64,000 nucleotides of DNA from Glycera tridactyla (lineage: Eukaryota), in the NCBI GenBank assembly GCA_965644265.1, contig OZ286463.1:96472001-96536000 (forward strand), read 5' to 3'. The notes beneath the pieces were generated by a model. The model made no database searches. It had not been told where the DNA came from and saw only the letters and a program-made list of their open reading frames with translations. Numbering within the stretch: the stretch's first letter is position 1; every line of letters begins with the position of its first letter. Below are positions 25,977 to 37,166 of this stretch, one piece after another. The translations under genes were made by a program, and so were the position numbers.

Positions 25977-26336
25977 CACTCTTTTTTATAGAATATTTTG
26001 GCATTTTATGGCATGATCTTCTTATTTGATCATTGCAAATAATACCATCATTACTCCTTAGGATTGGCATCATTAATAAATTTGGTCGTAAAACGTTGGC
26101 ATTCCTACAATTAAATCTATACCTTTTGACCTAATTTTCGGGCAAGTAGAAAATTTTTCGGGCAAGCAAGAGTGTTTCAGCACTTGCCCGACGGGCAAGT
26201 GGTTAGCAAACCTTAGCGTCGAGGCCTGTGGTCAGCACTAACTCAGACATGGTTTATGTACTTGTGCCACGTATTGAATCCCAGGTTTTGATGCTGCATA
26301 TCTGTGTTCCCCATAGGTTTTTCTTTTCACTTTCAG

Positions 26337-26440
26337 ATAGGCTGAGATAGCAAACATTTTGAAGGGGTGTTCACAAAAGCATCACGACGGACGTGAACGC
26401 CTTAAGCAACCTTTTCCCGTTTAGGCCTGACAGCAAAGAG
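26337..26440 (+). other. Probable upstream (5'UTR or partly coding) exon of CNOT2
   Basis: Strong polypyrimidine tract and cAG at 26335-26336; donor GAG|GTGAGC at 26441 in phase 0, matching the exon at 28982. The in-frame reading ends ...LSNLFPFRPDSKE, but there is no ATG and there are in-frame stops. Confidence 0.6.
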
Positions 26441-26939
26441 GTGAGCATGCATGTATTTCTGCATGCCTTTATGTACATGTGATATTTGACTACCAGGCTA
26501 TCTCTTCTGCCCATGTGTGTATGAAGTTATGAACATAACCAAGTGTGTTTAGTAACAGTCAACCAGGACGTCATGCTATGGTGATCTGCAGCACGGCATT
26601 CCTGAAGGAGGGACATTCAGTAGCCATCATTATGTTTCTCACCAGTGAGCACAATTACTCATGGTGGTCATCCCCACTTTGACCCTCCACCTCCCCTTGC
26701 CATTATATCCACCCAAGCCACCATATCCATTCCAACTCGCCATGCCCACCTCATGACATGCATACCTACACACTACACTCACCTCACACATACACCTCTG
26801 CCCAATACCTGTATATACTCACCACACCATTTTCTGCCCATGATCCACACCTATCCATCCTACCTCCCTCTCACTACATGTGCCTTTTGCATGTGCGATC
26901 GTATACAGTGTATACAACTCATGGTGTCAACATGATGTT

Positions 26940-28075
26940 CAGTGTTCACGAAAAGTCGTCGGACCGCCGGACATCACGGACGACATTTTTGAATGTCCGA
27001 CGAGAGGCTATGTTGTCTTCGGTCACGATGTCCATGGAGGTGACGTTTATACGCAATAAAGACACGTTTGCATCTCAAATCGCAAGGAAAACGAAAGATC
27101 AGTAGCCCATCTTGACTGTATGAAGCCAACTCGAGGTAATTCGTCTGATTATGCGAGAAAATCGCGAGAGATTGATTACAGGTCAAGGCTAGTTTCATAT
27201 CGGGCGCCATCTTGGTTATTTTTCATAAGAGACAAATAGCGGCCGGAAATGGCGCTTTTATACGCAATAAAGACACGTTTGCATCTCATTTTGCGTGTAA
27301 AACGAAGGATTAGTAGCCCATCTTGACTGTATAATGCTCAAGTGATGTAATTCTCAGTATATTGAGAGGAAATCGTAAAAGATCGACTGCAGAGCAAGGC
27401 TATTTATCAACTGATCCCTTTTGGGATCTTCTTCGCCCCTAGCGGCGGCGCAGAGAACCAGCGAACTTTCTTGAGCAGACAGCAACAGCTGGACAGGTCA
27501 TAGGAAAAACGTGGGTGGGGTGAGGTGCTGTGTGGGTGGGTGTGGGTGTTGTGCTGTGTGTGGGTGGGTGTGGTGCTGGGTGGGTGGGTGTGGTGCTGGG
27601 TGGGTGGGGTGAGGTGCTGGGTGGGTGGGTGTGGTGCTGGGTGGGTGGGGGTTAGGTGCTGGGTGGGTGGGTGTGGTGCTGGGTGGGTGGGGGTGAGGTG
27701 CTGGGTGGGTGGGTGTGGTGCTGGGTGGGTGGGGGTTAGGTGCTGGGTGGGTGGGTGTGGTGCTGGGTGGGTGGGGGTGAGGTGCTGGGTGGGTGGGTGT
27801 GGTGCTGTGTGTGGGTGGAGGTGAGGTGCTGGGTGGGTGGGTGGGTGTGGTGCTGTGTGTGGGTGGGTGTGGTGTGTGGGTGGGTGTGGAGCTGTGTGTG
27901 GGTGGAGGTGAGCAATTATCCTAAGCAATTGTCAGACGAGAAATGAAATTGTCAGACGAGAGCCTTGCTTCTCGTCTGACAAGATTGTCAGACGAGAAAT
28001 GAAATTGTCAGACGAGAACCTTGGTTCTCGTCTGACAAAAAGTCAGACGATGGCCAAAACTTTTCGTGAACACTG
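26940..28075. mobile_element. hAT-like non-autonomous element with 6-bp TSD
   Basis: Perfect 16-bp TIR CAGTGTTCACGAAAAG; GATGTT at 26934-26939 and 28076-28081; GTCAGACGAG subterminal repeats at 27929-28050. Confidence 0.85.
27511..27910 (+). repeat. G-rich minisatellite, 42-bp unit made of two ~21-bp subunits
   Basis: Unit GAGGTGCTGGGTGGGTGGGTGTGGTGCTGGGTGGGTGGGGGT, degenerate at the edges. Confidence 0.9.
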
Positions 28076-28201
28076 GATGTTACCTCAAACCAAAGGTGCT
28101 TATGGTGTTTCGGCTCATTATCTGTTTCATGATGTGTGTTTCTAGATATGTTTGTTTTGTGATTGGAATATCACTTCTGCCCCTAACCATCAATATATTT
28201 A

Positions 28202-28377
28202 CACTAAAACCTGCTTGAGTGTAAACCTGTGCTAGGCGAAATCCTGTCTTAAGCACGTACCCAACGGTCTGCTCGGATGTTTTTCCTCACTATAATTGTC
28301 CTGCACTAAGCAAAATCCTGTCTTAAGTGGAAGAAAAATTTGGTCCCATGACTTATCACTTAAGACAGGTTTTACTG
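28202..28377. mobile_element. TA-flanked MITE
   Basis: TA|CACTAAAACCTG ... CAGGTTTTACTG|TA. Confidence 0.7.
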
Positions 28378-28981
28378 TATATAGAATGTTATCCAAGAAA
28401 TAGATAGAATAATCTATTATCTACAAGTTCGTGTTTAGTTTGTGAAAATCGGACCACCAGTTGATGAGTTTCATAAATTTTTCTAGAGGCATCTTTCCTA
28501 ACATTTGCCATGACGCTATACAAATCGAAACCGTGGTGCTGCTAAAATTCGCCGAAAACACTCTACAATTTCTCCATGTATTCCCAATCCATCTTTGTCA
28601 TATCACTCATCTGGATAGAACTCTATATTACCTTCAAGTTCATCTTTTGTTTGTGAAAATCCGAGCCCTGGTTGAGGAGTTCCATCAATTTTTCTAGAGG
28701 CATCTTTCCTAACATTTGCCGTGACTCTGCACAAATCGAACGTGCGACACGGCCAGTTTACCGTTGACCTTGATTGTTCTCTCGCAAATGTTTGTTATCT
28801 GACCAATCAGCGTTGGCGCTTTTGCCTCACGTGACCTGCCCGCTTAATATTTGATTCTACAGGCACATGTGACTATCTGTACGCGGGTTACGTGCAAGCA
28901 ACAGATGCGCACGGTAGACGACGTTTACCAACATGCTAGATTCGACATCGGATGATAAATGTTCTGACATGACTTTTGCAG

Positions 28982-31900
28982 ATGATGTCCTCGGCATCTC
29001 CATCTCAGTTGTCGGCCTTCGGGACCAACCTTTATGCTCAGGCACCGCCTTCGAGTAAGTAAATCATATCAGATCATATGTGAAGTACAAGAAGCCCATT
29101 CATGGTAAATCGCAGGGTTGATTGGTCATTTTGATAGCCTCTGTTGGTGAATTAGATCTGATACTGGCACTGAACACATTGAATTTTCCTCAGACATGAT
29201 GCATTTCCTTGTTTCAAGCTTTGCTTCACTTGGGATTGAAAGCGAGGCTATCAGGCTTGAGTGTTAGCCTACACCTAACTTTATTAGGATGTGTCATCTC
29301 TAGGTTCATGAGACAAACCGTGCCAAATCAGCAAATGGCTCCCGCTCAATCATCTCCGATCTGCTTCTATTTTTTTTTCCCCTGATAGCTCCTATGGTCA
29401 AATTGAAAAGTGCAAAATCTCTTGTCTGTCCCCCCAATAGTTTCTGAGATACAGGCTCTCAAAAAAAGGGGGTGTGGCACCTTTTCACCAAAGAAACATT
29501 GTTGAATGTGTTTTTTTGGTGCCTTTTAATGGCTATATCTCCCTCAATTCTTGGATATTTTTGACAAAGACATTTTAGTCAGCATTTGTTTGGGTTTCTT
29601 GGTTCACAAAATCTTTTGCCTCTGGTCAGGGTTTCAGGGTCTTTGGTTGTGTGCCAATCACATCCCTGATACAACTGTAGTTACAATATTTTGGGGCATG
29701 CGCAAAATTGTTTTCATCTGCACATATTACGCGAACAAGTTCAAATTATAGTGATTTAACCTGTTTCAGGTATGAATAACATCAACATCCCGCAAAGAGG
29801 GATGTCAAATGCCCAGTTTGCACGAAACAGTGCTGGTCATGTGACGCCAACGAGTATGGCACCAACTTTTCCAATGGGCTTACAGCAGCAGCAACAGTCA
29901 CCGAACAGGTAAATCAATTCTTTTTTTCATCAACCTATCAAGGAGGTTTTCTTAATTTTGCATCATAAATGAAAACAATCATCCAGTCATGGAAAGTTTC
30001 TAACTTGTGCCTAATGTATAGCTTTTATCGTTGCAAATTATGTATTTCAAAAACTTCTAGTTGGAAATGCGACTGTTCAGATAGACACTCTACAAAGTAT
30101 ACAGGCATAGCATGATAGGATGTAATATTCAATTCATGAATCCAATTCTCACACTGAGATGATCTCTTTGTCAACAGACAATATTGATGAAAAATGAAAT
30201 CCGGATTGTCAGAACCCTTCTGTGATTGAAGCAATTATAATTTGGTGATGAGATTGTATTTTCATGAATGTTTCAGTCGGCAAAACTTGTTCCAAATGGA
30301 CCAGCGGAGTATTCTAAGTCGGATGCAACAGTCAAATCCAGGTCTGGGGACCCAATTAAAACGGGCGAATCCCATCACCTCTGGTATTTTGAGGTAAGTC
30401 GGGACTGATAGCAGATTTCTGGTAGATATTTGTCAATGTTGTTTTCATGGCAATTCAGATAGCTTATAATGCAATTTGTACATTCTAGCGGTGAGAGATT
30501 GTATTTGTATGTCTCAGATACGTTCGGCACTGCTATAATATTCACCCCAGCACAAGCTTTGTTGTAATTTAAATGAAATTGCATTAGATTAACTCTTCAT
30601 TTGAGATCACTCCTAATTCATCACTATTGTCTCCCTAACTCGAAGGCTGGCATTTACATATAAGTTATAGTAGAAAGGCCTCATATCCTTACCTGGTCAT
30701 GTATAGAATTCACCCATGGACTTCAATAATTTCACATTCATGTTTTCTTACAGTTCTCAAGCCAACACATCAACTTCAGGTATCTTCAGTCGATCTCAGA
30801 GTAAGTATGGCTTTGTATTACATTACCTAAAAATAAATAAATTATGAAGTTCTACATGACGGTCATGCTGGAATATAATTGCAGATAATGACACCCAAAT
30901 TTTGGGAGGTGAGTGTCCTGACAAATGTAGTTTTTGTGAACTTGGCAAAAACTTTCAAAATGATAATGAAAACAACCAGGAAAGATGGCACTACAACTCA
31001 TTTCAATCATTTATATGCTGGGGAAGGGGGTCGAAGGGGGAAGTACATGTCCAATATATTTTATCGTATACATGTGGTAGTCTATCGATCAATCACTGAA
31101 CATGGACCCTTCTCAATGCCATAAGAAATCAGAATGCAAGTGATCCCATACTTCAGAAAGTGGTTGATTAAGGCAGGAAGCTGGATTCCGGTACACCAAC
31201 AGTGGAAAGTACTGTTCTACAAAATCAGAAAGTGAATGCTGAAGATAGGAGATTGCTGAATACAATGGTTGCACAGTTCAGTGAAACCTATGAAGAGACT
31301 GACACGGATGGGAGACCCAATTTTTTAGGGCAGCTTTTCAATCTGAAATATACCTCCGAGAGACCACTTTCAGTTGACCTTTAGGGTGGTCTCTCATCAC
31401 AAGTTTATAGGTTTCTCTGTATAAGGATGACCAGGTTTGGTAAGGAATTCATCCCGGTAAAAGTTCACTTTGCTCATTAGATGTACACATTGGCAGTGAT
31501 GCCAATTTCCTGAAGTCAAATAAAATGGATGAACAATTGAGAAACTGTGATCTGGCAGCATGTCTCAGAACATACACTTACGGTAGTGTGGATGACTTTT
31601 GTTCAGAAAATTCAATCCTATTCGCAAGTGGATTTCAATAGTGTTGGCTATCATCGGACTCATCTTTCTTTACAGAATCCTAATTCTTTTTTCCTTCTGT
31701 TCATAGTGGTAACATTATTTGCTGATGACAGCAGCCAACCAAGTTTAGATCTGAGTGAGTTCCCTACGTTAGGGAACCGATCGGCGCCCCCAAATCCTGT
31801 GCCAGCACCTCGCAACTATGGTAAGTGTGAGTGATTATGATTTTTATTTCATCTCCCTCCCCAACTGCCCAATTTCTTAGATGAGAAGATGCTGAAGAAA

Positions 31901-34900
31901 TGATAATGGTATTTTGACAAGCTACCAAGGGATGTGATTACAGGGACGGAAAAAATGAAAAGTCCTCGATGGACTACTTCATCATTGCTGAAGTCCTTGT
32001 CAGTTCATGTACATGTTTTGTCATTTAGAGTTGTCAGAAGTGTCAGCTACTTCCACTTGACAGACTCGCTTTCCCTCATCTTGTGTCTGGGGTTTGTGAG
32101 TCATGCCTGCATGGCATCTGAGAAGACAGCTGCAATTGTTATGCAAGTCAATCCACAGTGTTCGGCACACTCTCTTACTTGAAGTAATGCCCACACAAGT
32201 TTCGATAGTAACTTTGTCAGCCATCCCATCACACTTTTTGGTCCTCGGTATTTAAGGCAGTAAGCAGGAACATGGGGAAAGAGTTTGTGGAATTTCTGGT
32301 CATTTCTGAGCATCTAAAATACATCAGCTCATAAAATTCCACATCTTCAAGTTGAAGCATATGAACATATGATGATGTGTACAGCTTGAAATTCGTCATC
32401 AGGATCTTATTGGTCCTTGCCTGAAGTCAGTTTAGTATAACTAGCATTTTCATGATGGTAATACCATCACATGTAAGGTTTGATGTGAGTCAGTTATACC
32501 CAGAAATGCTGTCTTTTTTGCCAGCTTTGTGAAGTATCAGTTGGATCCTCTCAGGAACAAGAGTGATTGTTTCATTGATTGATATCCGGCTTGGAATTTT
32601 TGTACTGCTTTTTCTGATTGCCCATACGCATACATTCTGCTCCAATTCAGATGTTTCTATCATTGTATGAACTTGTCTTTTCAGTTGGGATGGTGAGTAA
32701 ACCTGTTCAAGAACCTGCACCCGAGTTCCAAATACAACAAGAAGAATTTCCTGCCTTGCCCAGTGCGCAGAGTGAGTTGAGCATTGACTTTTCATTTTCT
32801 ATTTATCCTATTAATTGGTCATATATTTTATGGTGACTGAGGTGATTTGGACATCTATATAAAATCAACCATTCACTCTGAAGTTGGTATTCTATCCATT
32901 GGTTTTGTGTGTTGAGTTTGAGTGATTTGATATTCCTTGGTTTTCAAATGTGACTGATATTATCACATTGTGGTGTGATTGCATTTTTTTTCAATTTATG
33001 ATCTATTAGCTGTTGTTGGAAAAACACTCTATCCAGTCCTGTAGTAGTGGACAATCCTATATACGATGAAATGGTCATATCCAACATGAGTTTATTTATT
33101 GGTTTCTCATTGGGATCACTTCTGATTGGAAGGAATAGGGAAAATTGATGCAGACATGGAAATAATGATCTCCTGGAATGGGAGGAGCTCCTGTGTTGAT
33201 TCTTCAAAATTCCATGCACTAGTATGAGTATTTGTTGTGTTTTAGATCCTCCTACGTCGACTGCCAGTGACAACTCCAGAAAAACGGTGAGTATTTGAAC
33301 TAGCCGTACTGAGTGATACATCATGGATGTGGTGTGGGAGTTTCTTGATTGCTCCTTTTGTAAATTGTGGGAAGTTACGGGTGAAAGAGTTTGCTGAATA
33401 ATATTACTTTCATGTGTTTGCATCCACATTGCACTATTTCTCCCATACAGAGATGATATTCTTTCCTCAGATGGATTTTTCCATGGATTTGCTTCCTTGT
33501 AAATGATCCCAGATGTTACATTTCCCGGGTTCATCAGTGATATTAAACTGTCAGCTATCAACCATGTACAACTAAATTGACAAGCTAAATTCCTCTTGTC
33601 GGTTTTTATATAATTGCCACCATGAGTTGAGAGCTTGTTAAGAGAACACCCTTTCACATTTCCTTTCATCTTGACTCCAATGTGATTTGTCTTGATTTTC
33701 ATGATAGCAACTAGCATTCACTTGATGTTTATTTTGATGTTTCTTTTAAGTGAAAGTTTCTTATCATTTTTGTAGCCTTCAAGTTCACCGAGTGTGGGTT
33801 CCTATGAAGCAGCGTTGAGTCGTGATGGTGCTAAATTCCCAGGTGATAAATCTGGTAACAACCAGCAACGGCGAGGTATCCAAACACATCCAGATGGTCA
33901 GTAAGAAAGTGTCATTTCAGTGCACGAGTTTTCCCCAGATTAGATTCTTACTTGACCTATATTTAGAGTGTTGGGTTGCCAAATCAATCGCTAACATCTT
34001 GTTCTCCAATTCCTTAAGCATCCTGTTTAGTCATTTGATACTACAGTCGAACCTCTTCTAAAGACCACCTCTCTATAAAGACCACCTCCCTATAAAGACC
34101 ACCTTGAGCTGCGACCTTGGCAGTATTTTCAATAGTAAATGACCATATAAAGACCACTTTTTGATGCGACCAAAGGTGGTCTTTATAGAGAGGTTTGACT
34201 GTATTTCGAAAGCTATGTAAGGAAGTAAGGTAGTTGCAACTTTATGTCAAAATCTTCGAGTCATCCAAAGTGATGGCATTTTGGGAAAACTGATTATTAT
34301 ATCATACTGACAATTGCAGGTTGTACTCTCAACTTAATTTAAATCCCTATGTAGCGGAATGCCTGTAAATATTTCTTGTACAAAACCAACGGCAATGAAA
34401 GTTATACCGTATATTGCCGTATACGTGTGACGAGTGAACCACTGTGAACGCAAACATGCAATTAGAGTCAATATTCGTGCATTTGATACTATTAATTGAC
34501 ACCCGGCAGTATTTTAGGTGAATCGAGAGCAATTGGGAGTGGTGAAAACATCGCAGTCAGCATCAGTCTTCACCCGGTTAAGTGGTTACGGTCGATTCCA
34601 AATAGACCCGCATGACACTTGGCCCTGCCTTCCCGCACTGCGCGTATATTCGGCAATATATGGTACAGTAATTTTAAAATGAGCACTCTCCTGTGATGAG
34701 CAGTTCTCCTGAACATGTTTCTTTCATCCATTTGCAAATATACCAATGACCAGTGAGCACAAATAAGGGACCAAATTTTGAGGAATGCAGGATGCTCGCT
34801 CATTGCAGGTCTGACTGCATGCCAGTTGGTAGGATTTTGATGGGGAATCAAATATTATGAATATGGGAACCTGAATCCTGTACACTCTGAAGCTTGTTGA

Positions 34901-37166
34901 AATGTATTCGTTTCCCTTTCCTAGGTACCGTGTCAAGTATACCAGCGGGTATGGTGCCAGACCAGTTTGGTATGGTTGGTTTATTATCTTACATTCGAGC
35001 CTTTGAAACAGATCCCAACTTACTAGCATTGGCACCGGGTATTGATCTTACAACCTTAGGTCTCAATCTCAACTCACCAGAGTAAGTTCATGTTTCATTG
35101 CTTCATTGTGCCGCCTATTTGTTGTGTAACTTATGCTCCGTTCCCTGTTTGTTCAATTTCATAGCACAGTACATCATTACTTATTGCATTCATGCTTCCT
35201 TGACATTTTCTCTGTTAGGATTTCATACATCTAATTTGGGAAACACTATATTTATATGAGTATCTTTTTATTAACAACCATTCTTGTCACATTGCATTGC
35301 TCATTGGTTTTTTGAGTTATCCTAGATTCGTGCATACTCTCGACCAAAGCTGCATAATTTATCACTTTTGACAACCAAGTTGGCTCCTCATCTTGAACAG
35401 CTGAATTCAGTTCTGGACCAGAAAGACAATCCTACATTGCGAGTTGTTCTATATGACCATTGTATTGTAACAGGAACCAGTCTACAGTGAAACATCCCCT
35501 CGAAATCAGTTATATATGTATTTACTCATTTGCCATGAATATATTGATATGTACCTTACTTGACCATCATTTTTTTTTTCATTTCTTTCAACACAATTAC
35601 AAAATCAAACAGTCAAAGACATCTAATATTCGTCGGAGTGCTATTATCATTTTCTGTCTATCGTATGAATAACATTGTAATACTTTGCCTTTCAGAAATT
35701 TGTATTCAACGTTCCAGTCTCCTTGGGCAGATGCCCCGTGTCGACCGCAGGATATTGGTGAGAAATTTCGTCTTTAAGAGTACCTCTTCATTTTTGTATC
35801 ATATATGCAATTCTTTTGGTGAAATGTGAATAACAAGGGGTAAACCCTGCTTGTATGGTCTGTAGGGATGGAGTCGGGGATCTCGGTAGATGGCAGCCAC
35901 CTATGACACTGTGTATACATGATCTCGACAGTATCTGTGTGATTGTTCTCATTGCTTCATAATTTCATAGTATCCGCAGGAAGATGGATCTATTGCATGA
36001 TATATTGCTGTCATTCATGGAGTGGCCTTCGTGATCAGATAACCATTATTGCCTACTGGAACAATTGGTGAGGCCATTATGATGCCTTGCCCAGAGACTG
36101 CCATGTTCATCAGTCCTTCTGTGGATGTGGATGGGAGTAAGCGTGAACTCAAGATTCTGTTAATTTTTTCACAGAAACTATCTTCTTGTCAAAATGCACC
36201 AGATACTGATGATTTGGGAAGTGTTGTCATTATGTACATGTATGTTTATAGGAAATCAAAGCTGAAATTGATTCAATTTCTACTTTCTCTGTCTTATTTT
36301 TCCCTTGGCGTGCAAAGTTGTGCTGACATTAGTATTATATTTTCATTGCAGATTTTCATGTGCCACAAGAGTATTTGACAAATATATTTATTCGGGACAA
36401 ACTTGCACCAATCAAATTGAATCGTTATGGAGAGGATCTGTTATTCTTTTTATTCTACATGAATGGTGGAGATGTATTACAACTGGCGGCAGCAGCTGAA
36501 TTGTAAGTATAGTTTTAGTATGCCAAATTGATTCATCTACGTCAGACAAAATCATGCGTAGACTAGTGTATCCTTGTGATTCCATTTGAATTGAAGGGTG
36601 GTTTAATACCTCATGAGACTTGAAGTTGATTATACATGTAGTACTGATTGTATGTGCCAATGTTGTTTGGAGAGTCATGTCTAGCCCATAGCTTCTCTCA
36701 TACAGGTGTTATCAAGAAGGATAGGGTGGTGGTGGTGGTGGTCGGGGGATTCTTGAGTATTCAAAGTTATAGCATTTCTGTTTCAGACATTGAGAAGAGA
36801 TAGAGGTCAAACCACAAATGATGCAGTGTGGGTGATAGTAAATATTGTGTATGCTCATTGTCTTCACCTTTTTGACATGAAGATCCACGAACATAAGTTG
36901 AATTTGCCAGATATATTTCTGACTCTGTCCTTTTCAGGTACAACCGGGATTGGCGGTACCATAAAGAAGAACGGGTATGGATGACACGGATACCAGGGGT
37001 AGATCCACAAATGAAGACGAATACTTTCGAACGGGGTACATACTACTTCTTCGATGCACTCAACTGGCGGAAAGTACCCAAAGATTTTCGACTTGAGTAT
37101 GACAAACTAGAAGAGCGCCCACAACTTCCGACGATGCACCCAAACCCCTCATTACTTGCGCACTAA
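28982..37166 (+). CDS. CNOT2: CCR4-NOT transcription complex subunit 2 (NOT2/Regena), 12 coding exons, 445 aa
   Basis: join(28982..29054,29770..29908,30277..30393,30754..30800,31707..31820,32685..32771,33246..33286,33776..33896,34925..35081,35696..35757,36352..36502,36938..37166). All introns are GT-AG, phases are consistent and the total is 1338 nt. Motifs: GHVTPTS, LDLSEFPTL, EEFPALP, DQFGMVGLLSYIR, DLTTLGLNLNSPENL, PCRPQDIDFHVPQEYL and the NOT-box RYGEDLLFFLFY...YNRDWRYHKEERVW...RGTYYFFD...EYDKLEERP. The true start may lie further upstream (see findings). Confidence 0.96.
34044..34201. mobile_element. TA-flanked pogo/Tigger-like MITE in a CNOT2 intron
   Basis: TA|CAGTCGAACCTCT ... AGAGGTTTGACTG|TA; internal ATAAAGACCAC repeats. 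Confidence 0.8.
34407..34663. mobile_element. TA-flanked Tc1/mariner-like MITE with CCGTA ends
   Basis: TA|CCGTATATTGCCGTATAC ... GTATATTCGGCAATATATGG|TA. Confidence 0.7.

Larger units (their letters stand above)
25170..26228. mobile_element. hAT-like MITE with 5-bp TSD containing two nested TA-type MITEs
   Basis: TIR CAGGGCTCGAC / GTCGAGGCCTG; TGGTC at 25165-25169 and 26229-26233; GGGCAAG subterminal motifs at both ends. Confidence 0.8.

Noticed and set aside
27407-27946. Pro/His- and Gly/Trp-rich ORFs
   Set aside because: Translation of the G-rich minisatellite.
27925-28055. Short direct/inverted GTCAGACGAG repeats resembling a CRISPR-like array
   Set aside because: These are subterminal repeats of the hAT-like element, with no unique spacers, in a eukaryotic context.
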